Positions 18,745 to 26,895 of a stretch of 32,000 bases of DNA are shown piece after piece. The translations under genes were made by a program, and so were the position numbers. The stretch covers positions 30,001 through 62,000 of the forward strand of contig NZ_VMQO03000001.1 of NCBI RefSeq assembly GCF_009805595.3, read 5' to 3'. The stretch is from Candidatus Tremblayella phenacoccinincola. Lineage in GTDB: Bacteria > Pseudomonadota > Gammaproteobacteria > Burkholderiales > Burkholderiaceae. Every line of letters begins with the position of its first letter. Position 1 is the first letter of the stretch. A model generated the notes under the pieces. That model worked only from the letters and a program-made list of their open reading frames with translations, was not told where the DNA came from and did not search any database.

Positions 18745-19548
18745 ATGAACAACAAAATACTAATATGGATAAGTAACCTAAGCTGTAAGGTGTTGTTACT
18801 TGTTACTTCAATAGCAGTTTTAGTGTTCCAGGCTTTTACATTGGATTCTTCAGAAGCATGCACTATCGACAACGAGAGGTTTGATATGGTTCAATATAAC
18901 TACGAATACTCCAAAGCTTTTCCAACCACAACCACAAGCAATACAGAAGCTAGGACCAACCAATTAACAACCGTTGCTCCAAAAGAACATAGTAATGAGA
19001 ATGATTGGATAAACTCTGTTGTAGACTCAGTCATCGGACCCAGTGAAACAGATCAGCTAATATCCACTGACAAACGTGCTGCTATCCGAGAGCTGTTGGA
19101 TAACTTGGACTTACCGAAAGCTATATATTCAATAATGCACAACATCATTACCCAAATCAAACAGCTAATCCCAATAGTTGAGTCTGACTTCTTATCTGAA
19201 AAGCAAGTAAGCTTCACTCAAAGGGACAGACTCATGCAAACACTGCAAAAGTATTGTGAGAAAGATATATGTAACAAATCAATAGAATCCTTAAAGACTC
19301 CAGACTTCTGGAACAATGCAGTTAGTGCACAAAGTTCTGCCTTCTCCAAATATTACACCATTGAAGAAATAAAAGACCTGACCACATTTTACAAAAGCAG
19401 CGTAGGTAGAAAATACCTAGCCGTACAGCCTCAAGTTGGTCATGATATAATGGAAGAGCTGCTGAGAAAATATGCTTCGGAAGTATTAAGGAATGTTCGA
19501 ACCGAAGTTGAAAAAGAAGTGAGGAACTTATTAAACACCATCGAATAA
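18745..19548 (+). CDS. hypothetical secreted or membrane-anchored protein with a DUF2059-like C-terminal domain
   Basis: 267-aa ORF with an N-terminal hydrophobic segment (VLLLVTSIAVLVFQAF). The C-terminal FSKYYTIEEIKDLTTFYKSSVGRKYLAVQPQV fits the remembered DUF2059 pattern (Y..FT.eEl..l..FY.Sp.G.K). Its composition and coding density match the neighbouring genes. Confidence 0.6.
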   Translation: MNNKILIWISNLSCKVLLLVTSIAVLVFQAFTLDSSEACTIDNERFDMVQYNYEYSKAFPTTTTSNTEARTNQLTTVAPKEHSNENDWINSVVDSVIGPSETDQLISTDKRAAIRELLDNLDLPKAIYSIMHNIITQIKQLIPIVESDFLSEKQVSFTQRDRLMQTLQKYCEKDICNKSIESLKTPDFWNNAVSAQSSAFSKYYTIEEIKDLTTFYKSSVGRKYLAVQPQVGHDIMEELLRKYASEVLRNVRTEVEKEVRNLLNTIE

Positions 19549-19551
19549 AGA

Positions 19552-20592
19552 ATGCAAGCCTGCAACACCAACATTCACTTACGTTACCTTCGCTATCGCA
19601 TAGACCTGGTGGACAAAATACTAGTTAAACTATTGGAAGCTCGCATTAAGGTAGCTTCAAAAGTTGGTAGAATTAAAATAACATTGAGCTCTCCGATAAC
19701 AAACTCTTCTCGGGAAAGGCAAGTAATAAGTAATCTGATTAACAGTTGTAAGTCAGCCAATATATTGAAGGTTAAAGATCTTAGAGATACATGGAAAAGA
19801 ATTATCAGCATAAGCAAAAGAAACGAAGGACACTCTGTTACTTCTTTTTACGGTTCACCAGGAAGTCACACACACACTGTAATAGCTAAGTGTTTCGATA
19901 AACCAACGGTGAGCTTTCCATTCTCCTTGATAGCTGAGACACCGTTTATTATATATAGTAGCCTGAACACCAGTTTGCCTTTCAGAAACAACTGTAGTGG
20001 CTTGCTGCATACAGCTCTATCCACGATGAACAACCATAACATACATTTCCAGAACTACATAAGTCATCGTATATACCAACATTTAGTGTTAAGTCCTTCC
20101 AATAAGTATATGCTGGCTGTTACTCAAGTCCATGCATACAATCAATCAAAGCAATGGAACGGTAGAAATAAGCATACTATGTATACAATAATGAGTACTT
20201 CAAAGGCTGCAAAAGTAAGCTGTATATGTAAAAGTATGTTGTCCATTTCTGGTAGAAGCATTTCCTCTAAGTATAGTATTGAAAGCTTAGAACCAGTTCA
20301 AGATCGCTGGAATAACAGAACGTCTTTTCTGGAACTACAACATAAAGCTATACGCATGTATAAAAGCAAGAAAGTACGCTACATCCTTTTAACACATAGC
20401 AATAAAAACTGTAGGGATCTGCTGTTACTTCTGTTAGCTGTAATAAAACAAAATGTTGAGCTGTTGGACTGTGGTGTAATCATATACAAAAGGCTGTTAC
20501 TTTTATTATGTAAACGAAATGATAATCTGTCTTCCAAACCTTTAAGAATGATATCTATTAGTAAGAAGGTAGGCTTTTACACCAACAGTTAA
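19552..20592 (+). CDS. pheA: bifunctional chorismate mutase / prephenate dehydratase (P-protein), highly divergent
   Basis: 346-aa ORF. The N-terminal CM helix pattern is LRYRIDLVDKILVKLLEARIKVASKVGRIK…RERQVISNL. The PDT part has FYGSPGSHTHTVIAKCF, PFRNNCSG and NNRTSFLEL (the Thr of TRF is retained). The C-terminus KKVGFYTNS aligns with E. coli MKVLGCYPS. The ACT-domain ESRP motif is not recognisable. Confidence 0.85.
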   Translation: MQACNTNIHLRYLRYRIDLVDKILVKLLEARIKVASKVGRIKITLSSPITNSSRERQVISNLINSCKSANILKVKDLRDTWKRIISISKRNEGHSVTSFYGSPGSHTHTVIAKCFDKPTVSFPFSLIAETPFIIYSSLNTSLPFRNNCSGLLHTALSTMNNHNIHFQNYISHRIYQHLVLSPSNKYMLAVTQVHAYNQSKQWNGRNKHTMYTIMSTSKAAKVSCICKSMLSISGRSISSKYSIESLEPVQDRWNNRTSFLELQHKAIRMYKSKKVRYILLTHSNKNCRDLLLLLLAVIKQNVELLDCGVIIYKRLLLLLCKRNDNLSSKPLRMISISKKVGFYTNS

Positions 20593-20597
20593 TATAT

Positions 20598-21908
20598 TTG
20601 AAATCTATACTAACAAAACCTTCAAGTAGAATTTATGGTGCAACAAGACAAGCTCCTGGTTCCAAAAGTGTATCTAATAGAATACTGCTCCTATCTTCTT
20701 TAACACCCACAAAAACCCAACTCAAGAACCTTCTAAAGTCTGAAGATACCAACGTAATGATAAATGCTATAAATATATTTGGAGCAAGAGTTCAGCGTAG
20801 ACAGCCAGAATGGTCTATCCATAAGCTAACACTACTATCAAGTAAGCATAGTGAGATATTTCTAGGTAACTCAGGAACGTCAGCAAGATGTCTAAGTGCT
20901 ATTCTTTCTGGTTACCAAGGCAATTACTTTCTATACGGGTTGCAAAGAATGCATGAAAGACCGTTTCAAGATATGCTGTTAAGTTTAAGAACTATAGGTT
21001 CCAACATTAAGCACTTGTTCAGGCCTTCCTGTTTACCGTTGTTTATTCGACCTTTAGCAACGGTGAAAGATTCTATCAGAGTGTTGCTTGATGGAAGTAC
21101 ATCGAGTCAATATATAACAGCTCTCTTAATGACTCTGTCCATGTACAAAAGTAAGCTCGGCAAAAGAGTTACCTTGTTAATACATAGCATAGTTACTTCT
21201 AAACCGTACGTAAATATGACGCTGCTTTTATTGGAAAGTCTTGGTATGATAGTTCATAGATATGGGTGGAAGTCTTTCTCAACATGCATTATAACTAAAC
21301 GATACAAAGGTCCTTCATTCTGTATAGAAATGGATTTATCATCAGCTTCATACTACCTCATTTTGGGATTGGTAAACCGAAGTAACCTGAAGCTTCTTAG
21401 TATTTGTCTCTATAATATTCAAGGTGACATCTTCTTAGTGTGTATCTTAAAAAGGATGGGATGCAGCTTTCTGGTGACAAGAACTGACGTCAGTATTTTT
21501 AAACAAGCAAGAAAGTTACTTCCATTGAGTATAGCCTGTCATTCAATACCTGACGTTTCAATGGTTCTTCTTATCGTAACGTTAATAACTACCTGTAGTG
21601 TTAAACTAAGCGGTATAAGAAGCTGGAGGTTTAAGGAAACTGATAGAATGTTGGCAATGTCTATGGAGTTAAGAAAGCTTGGAGTAGTAGTTGAATGTGG
21701 AATTGATTTCATCTCTGCGTATTCCTCACCCACCAATCAATTAAACAAAGAAAGCACCATCAACGTGAAAACATATGGAGATCATCGTATAGCAATGTGT
21801 TTCGCTGTTATCAGTTCGCAAGGAGTTAACGTTAGAATAATGAATCATCAATGCATAAACAAAACCTTCCCTAGCTACTTTTACGTATACAATAGCTTAG
21901 CTGGTTAA
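20598..21908 (+). CDS. aroA: 3-phosphoshikimate 1-carboxyvinyltransferase (EPSP synthase), TTG start
   Basis: 436-aa ORF starting at a TTG. (M)[31 protein letters not shown] aligns from residue 1 with E. coli [31 protein letters not shown]. Other matches are [36 protein letters not shown] and [10 protein letters not shown]. Confidence 0.95.
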   Translation: [436 protein letters not shown]

Positions 21909-21972
21909 GGCCAAAGCTAGGTTGCATTAAAGCATTATGGTTTTAGACAACCAATAAAACACCCCCCACACT

Positions 21973-23532
21973 ATGAATGAGCTACTAAACTTGCTTCAAG
22001 AATATTACAAGTACTATGATGTCAGTTCCGGGTCTATTATATCTGCGACAGTCATAGCCATCAATAACAGGTTTGTAGCTGTTAGAGCTGGTCTTAAATC
22101 TGACACATGCATTCCAATTGAAGAGTTCCTTAACTATGCCAACGAATTAGAGGTTAAAGTTGGCGCTCTTGTTCCAGTATATTTTGAAGATCTTGAATCA
22201 GATGACGGTAACATTTCACTATCTAGAATCAAGGCAAAGAAGCTAACTTCCTGGGTAGCATTAGAAAAGTCCTTAAACCATAAAGAATATGTTGTTGGAA
22301 ATATTGTTAACAGAGTGAAAGGAGGAATGACTGTGGTAGTTAATGGTTTGGCTGCCTTTCTACCTGGTTCTCTAATTGATTTAAAACCAGTGAAGGATGC
22401 TGAGAAGTATGAAGGCAAGAGGTTTAAGTTTCACGTTATCAAATTAGATAAGAAGCGAAACAACATTGTTCTGTCTAGAAGATCTGTTCTGGAATCTTAC
22501 CAACTTGAAAAACGTAAGAAGCTGTTTTCCTCATTGAAAGAAGACGTGGTGGTGAGAGGTACCGTTAAAAATATTACAGACTACGGAGCTTTCATAGACT
22601 TAGGAGGTTTAGATGGCTTGTTGCATATAACTGATATCTCTTGGCGACGTATCAAGCATCCTAGTAACGTCCTGTCCTTAGGAGATTTTGTTACTGTAAA
22701 AGTGCTTAAGTTCGATAGAATCAAAAAGCGTGTTTCTCTTGGCTTAAAACAATTACATAGCGATCCTTGGGATGGTGTTATAGAACGTTATCCACCAGGC
22801 CATAAGGTAAGAGGAAAAATTACAAACATTGCGGATTACGGAGCGTTTGTAGAGATAGAACCCGGTATTGAAGGTTTAGTTCATATCTCTGAAATGAATT
22901 GGAAGAATAAAAATATCTTACCAAACAAACTACTAAAGATAGGTCAATCTGTTAACGTTTCAATCATAGACATCTCCAAAACCAGACGGCGCATCAGCTT
23001 AGGAATGAAACAATGCATATATAACCCGTGGTTAGTATTCTCAAAGCTTTTCAGAAAGAACGACAGGCTAGGTATCATTATTAGGTCCTTCGTGGATCTT
23101 GGAATATATGTAGGCTTACCAATGTCAGTTAGTGGCCTGATCTATTTACCCAGGTTCGTAAGAAAGAAGCTTTCTAACTATTTTAGCAATGGCGACGTAT
23201 TAGAAGCCACTGTTGTAAACATCGATAATAACTACAGTAAGGTCTCATTAATCTCAAGTAACATATTCAATGACAGGTTCTTTAGATATATCGAATGTAA
23301 AGCTGGCTATGTATTCAAGAATGAAAACTTAGATAGGTCAATGCCTGGAAATATGCAGCAATTCAAAAGACCAGAACATATAAAGCAGAAAGTATTTTCA
23401 ACATTAAACATAAACAGGTCGTTACATTCTGTATGCATGATTTCCACTAACAAACCACAACTTAAAAAAGCTCTTGCTACTGTTTTGTTACGAATTCTAC
23501 ATACTAAGTCCCAAAAACAGAAACATAATTAA
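21973..23532 (+). CDS. rpsA: 30S ribosomal protein S1
   Basis: 519-aa ORF with five recognisable S1 repeats (for example VVRGTVKNITDYGAFIDLGGLDGLLHITDISW and VRGKITNIADYGAFVEIEPGIEGLVHISEMNW). The last roughly 85 aa form a non-S1-like tail, so the sixth repeat is apparently lost. Confidence 0.95.
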   Translation: MNELLNLLQEYYKYYDVSSGSIISATVIAINNRFVAVRAGLKSDTCIPIEEFLNYANELEVKVGALVPVYFEDLESDDGNISLSRIKAKKLTSWVALEKSLNHKEYVVGNIVNRVKGGMTVVVNGLAAFLPGSLIDLKPVKDAEKYEGKRFKFHVIKLDKKRNNIVLSRRSVLESYQLEKRKKLFSSLKEDVVVRGTVKNITDYGAFIDLGGLDGLLHITDISWRRIKHPSNVLSLGDFVTVKVLKFDRIKKRVSLGLKQLHSDPWDGVIERYPPGHKVRGKITNIADYGAFVEIEPGIEGLVHISEMNWKNKNILPNKLLKIGQSVNVSIIDISKTRRRISLGMKQCIYNPWLVFSKLFRKNDRLGIIIRSFVDLGIYVGLPMSVSGLIYLPRFVRKKLSNYFSNGDVLEATVVNIDNNYSKVSLISSNIFNDRFFRYIECKAGYVFKNENLDRSMPGNMQQFKRPEHIKQKVFSTLNINRSLHSVCMISTNKPQLKKALATVLLRILHTKSQKQKHN

Positions 23533-23543
23533 AGGAGAACTAC

Positions 23544-23789
23544 ATGTTAACTATTCGTTTTACCAGGAGAGGCGCAAGGAACAGACCGTTTTACAATATC
23601 GTAGTTGCAGACTCTAGAAGCAAGCGAGATGGGAGGTTTATTGAAAAGATAGGCTTTTATGATCCTCTAAACAAAGATATTATTATGGTTGCTAATGAAA
23701 GGTTTGACTTCTGGATCTCTAATGGCGCTTTAGCTTCATGTGCAGTTTTGAAAGTAATTAAAAAGCTGAGAGTTAAGCATGGGGTTTAG
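23544..23789 (+). CDS. rpsP: 30S ribosomal protein S16
   Basis: MLTIRFTRRGARNRPFYNIVVADSRSKRDGRFIEKIGFYDP matches S16. The SD AGGAG (23534-23538) lies 5 nt upstream of the ATG. Confidence 0.95.
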   Translation: MLTIRFTRRGARNRPFYNIVVADSRSKRDGRFIEKIGFYDPLNKDIIMVANERFDFWISNGALASCAVLKVIKKLRVKHGV

Positions 23790-24132
23790 CCGGTACACAA
23801 TAGAGGAAGTGGAAAGAGAAATATCTCCTACTTCCAACTGGAATAACTTTAAGTTTAGTGTTGGAGATTTCATCATAATAGAAACGCTTAACCAAACAGA
23901 CAAAAAGAAAAACCAGACCTTTGAGGGTATAGTTATTGCAAAAAGAAACCGTAGTTTCAACTCTTCATTCATCGTGCGAAAAGCTTCTTCTGGGTTTGGA
24001 ATAGAGCGCACATTCCAGCTACATTCGCCTCTAATATCAAAAGTCACAGTAAAGAAACTCGGTAATGCTAAGCGTTCGAAGCTATATTACTTACGTTCGA
24101 AAGTTGGTAAATCAATGAAGTTTAAGAAGTAA
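23779..24132 (+). CDS. rplS: 50S ribosomal protein L19
   Basis: FSVGDFIII…QTFEGIVIAKRNRSFNSSFIVRKASSGFGIERTFQLHSPLISKVTV…KLYYLR is collinear with L19. The gene overlaps the rpsP 3' end by 11 nt. Confidence 0.95.
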   Translation: MGFSRYTIEEVEREISPTSNWNNFKFSVGDFIIIETLNQTDKKKNQTFEGIVIAKRNRSFNSSFIVRKASSGFGIERTFQLHSPLISKVTVKKLGNAKRSKLYYLRSKVGKSMKFKK

Positions 24133-24162
24133 TTCTTCTTTAAGAGTAACCCAAGAATGTTA

Positions 24163-24996
24163 TCAGGTTTGGATACATCCTAGGTGTTTACATATTGCTT
24201 TCACGATTGAGCATTCGTTTAAAGTGTATATATGAAGATCTGATACCCCAAGACTTATTAAGCTCTCACATAGCTTTAGGATAACTTCAACTCCAAACTC
24301 AAGAACTGAACAGTTTCTGTCCTTCAGTGCTTTTAACCTTTTGATTATCCAATATGGAATATCTGCACCACATAGCTCCGAAAAGTATAACAGCTTTTCA
24401 TAACTAATAATTGGCATTATGCCTGGGGTGATCGGGGTTTTAACGCCTAACTTATAAACATCCTCCAACAGCTTGTAATATGAGTCTACGTTATAGAAAT
24501 ATTGGGTAATTGCTGAATCTGCGCCAGACTCAACCTTTCTTACAAAGCTTTTAATATCTTTTAGAATAGACGGGTTGCCAGGGTGTCCCTCTGGATAAGC
24601 GGCTACGTCAATATAGAAGAACTCTCCATACTCGCAACGAATCAGCCTAACTAAATCGCTAGCATCTGTTGAGAACGAGTCTTCTTTCAAACCTGGGGTA
24701 TCACCCTTTAAAACTATAATATGTCTAATACCAACTTCTTTGTAAAAGCTTAGCTCTTTCAAAAGCTCTTGTTTTGGAGAAGAGCAAAGCATATGCGGGA
24801 CAACCGAATTAAAGAACCGCCTCATACTTACTATCAGATCCAATTGGTTTCTTTTAAAGCTGCTACGACTATAGGTTATTGAGACAAACTTTGGTAAAAC
24901 ACAAGCCAACTCCCTCTGTACTTGCAACAGCTTTAAGAAGCCATAGTACGTTTTCGGAGGTGAGAACTCAAAAGAAATGTTAGGTAAGTTCTTCAT
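24163..24996 (-). CDS. metF: 5,10-methylenetetrahydrofolate reductase
   Basis: 277-aa ORF. ISFEFSPPKT, FVSITY, IRHIIVLKGD, DVAAYPEGHP, SAITQYFYNVDSY, ITPGIMPI and HIYTLN are collinear with E. coli MetF. Confidence 0.93.
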   Translation of the reverse strand: MKNLPNISFEFSPPKTYYGFLKLLQVQRELACVLPKFVSITYSRSSFKRNQLDLIVSMRRFFNSVVPHMLCSSPKQELLKELSFYKEVGIRHIIVLKGDTPGLKEDSFSTDASDLVRLIRCEYGEFFYIDVAAYPEGHPGNPSILKDIKSFVRKVESGADSAITQYFYNVDSYYKLLEDVYKLGVKTPITPGIMPIISYEKLLYFSELCGADIPYWIIKRLKALKDRNCSVLEFGVEVILKLCESLISLGVSDLHIYTLNECSIVKAICKHLGCIQT

Positions 24997-25080
24997 TAAC
25001 TTCTAACAAAAGCATATAGCACCTGTCTGGGTTTGAACCATCGATGAACTACAGGTGTTCAATACAAGGAAACATCAGGT

Positions 25081-25356
25081 CTAAGAAACTGTTTTTCTAC
25101 TGCATGCTCCTAAGTATACAGGGTTTTTAAAAAGGTAAACATTCAGCTGTTCATAGAGAAACCATCTAACTTTTGGGTTTGATAGATTCAGTCTATATTC
25201 GTTAATGAGTGTTGTTTGTTTTCTTAGCCAGTCGTTCCAAGCTTTCTTAGACACATTCTTATATATTTTAACCCCAAGCTTATTAGAAAAAGGAGGAATA
25301 TCAAACCCATCCAACACAGCACCAACTTTAACACAAAATACTCTACGCTTATACAG
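25081..25356 (-). CDS. yggX: Fe(II)-trafficking protein YggX (start codon uncertain)
   Basis: KIYKNVSKKAWNDWLRKQTTLINEYRLN aligns with E. coli YggX [28 protein letters not shown]. Homology (KRRVFCVKV versus SRTIFCTFL) continues upstream of the first canonical start (GTG at 25317). It runs up to a CTG at 25354-25356, directly after an in-frame TAA (25357-25359). Confidence 0.8.
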   Translation of the reverse strand: MYKRRVFCVKVGAVLDGFDIPPFSNKLGVKIYKNVSKKAWNDWLRKQTTLINEYRLNLSNPKVRWFLYEQLNVYLFKNPVYLGACSRKTVS

Positions 25357-25440
25357 TTAGTATATATTTGTTAGTTCTTTGTAGTTGAATACGGCTGCTA
25401 GGAAAGGTTCCATTGAGTTTCCGTTGAGACGGACGGTGTG

Positions 25441-25557
25441 TATAACATTCTATATATCCATATATCATTCCATATATATCCATATAACATCATTCATCTT
25501 CCCTTCCATCATACCACCATACTTATACTTCCATACAACCACACCCATACTTCAACA
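25441..25557. repeat. G-free A/T/C low-complexity spacer
   Basis: 117 nt without a single G. It is built from CCATATAT/TCCATA-type motifs followed by CATCTTCCCTTCCATCATACCACCATAC. The two ORF-track entries here (25385-25582 and 25438-25629) are translations of this tract. Confidence 0.85.
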
Positions 25558-25726
25558 GCCTCTGTGTCTATGGTTAGTTTAAACACACTATTCACTATTG
25601 AAGCAGCTCCTTTCTTAGAATCAGAATAGTCAAGCATTTGGGGGTTTCTATAGTGGTTTGTGGTTCATTTGCATTTTAACTGAAATGTAGTTCATAGTGG
25701 TCCTTATATATATACACATAGAGACT

Positions 25727-26830
25727 ATGAATAACTCATTTGGCAAGCTGGTTTCCATTTCCATATTTGGAGAGTCTCATGGTTGCATTGTAGGCTGTTT
25801 AGTTGATGGCTGTCCTTCTAGTTTGCCTTTATACAATAATGAGGTACAACAAGAATTGGAACGTAGGAAACCAGGCAAGTCAGCGTACGTTTCACAAAGA
25901 TCGGAAAAAGACCTTGTTAAGATTCTATCAGGAGTTTTTAACAACAAAACAACTGGCAGTCCTATAACATTGGTAATCGAAAACACTGACTGCAGGAGCA
26001 ATGATTACTTCAACCTTAAAGAAACATTCAGACCAGGCCACGCGGACTATACATATGCACAGAAATATAGAAATAGAGACTATAGAGGCGGTGGAAGAGC
26101 GTCGGCTAGAGTAACAGCTGCTGTTGTTGCAGGCGGTGCTGTTTCTAAGAAGTGGCTAAGGCTTAAACATGGTTCTCAGGTTAAAGGATATCTCAGTGAG
26201 TTGAAGGAAATAAAAATACCTTTTATCCATTGGACATACGTTAATAACAACTGCTTTTTTAGTCCTAACATTAGCATCATAAATACCTTGACCAAACAAC
26301 TGCGTCTTCTGATCAAAGCTGGTAACTCTGTAGGCTCCCGTCTAGCTTTAATAATGACCAAGATACCAATTGGAATAGGGGAGCCGCTTTTTAATAAGTT
26401 AGATGCTAGCATAGCATGTGGTTTAATGAGTCTTAATGCCGTTAAGGACGTAGAAATAGGTTCAGGTTACCTGAGTTCATCAAAAACTGGTTTAGATCTA
26501 AACGACGCTTTAACTCCAGATGGTTTTTTAAGTAATCATTCAGGCGGCATATTAGGAGGAATTTCAACAGGAAGTGATGTAATAGTTTTCATAGCTATAA
26601 AACCAACGTCTAGCATTTCCTTGTTCAAACGATCTGTAAGTGACAGCAATAGGCCAACATATGTAAGAACTAAAGGAAGGCATGATCCATGTATTGGAAT
26701 AAGAGCAGTTCCAGTCGCAGAGGCAATTGTGTCCGTAATTATCATGGACTTTATACTACAAACCCATTTTAGTGAAGATTACCAAAATAGCAACTGTCAC
26801 CTTGTGCATCCAAAGGCCTATTTGTACTAA
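25727..26830 (+). CDS. aroC: chorismate synthase
   Basis: From the ATG at 25727, MNNSFGKLVSISIFGESHGCIVGCLVDGCPS aligns with E. coli [32 protein letters not shown]. Other matches are RPGHADYTY, GGGRASARVTA, SNHSGGILGGIS and GRHDPC. The ORF-track start at 25697 adds 10 non-homologous residues. Confidence 0.95.
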   Translation: MNNSFGKLVSISIFGESHGCIVGCLVDGCPSSLPLYNNEVQQELERRKPGKSAYVSQRSEKDLVKILSGVFNNKTTGSPITLVIENTDCRSNDYFNLKETFRPGHADYTYAQKYRNRDYRGGGRASARVTAAVVAGGAVSKKWLRLKHGSQVKGYLSELKEIKIPFIHWTYVNNNCFFSPNISIINTLTKQLRLLIKAGNSVGSRLALIMTKIPIGIGEPLFNKLDASIACGLMSLNAVKDVEIGSGYLSSSKTGLDLNDALTPDGFLSNHSGGILGGISTGSDVIVFIAIKPTSSISLFKRSVSDSNRPTYVRTKGRHDPCIGIRAVPVAEAIVSVIIMDFILQTHFSEDYQNSNCHLVHPKAYLY

Positions 26831-26895
26831 CTCTCACAACTCATATCAAAGAATGTTAAGGTCACTCTAACTAACTTTTAAATAGAGGGGGCAGC

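Noticed and set aside
18666-18782. Q-rich 38-codon ORF (MKPKMNQLFQQQQQPLTQW…) upstream of the DUF2059-like gene
   Set aside because: It has no SD, is in a different frame from the downstream gene and is low complexity. It lies in the region expected to hold the divergent ssrA and ORF promoters.
25385-25629. Two overlapping 63-65-aa ORFs (25385-25582 and 25438-25629)
   Set aside because: They lie in the 117-nt G-free low-complexity spacer upstream of aroC. Their reading frames are compositional artefacts.
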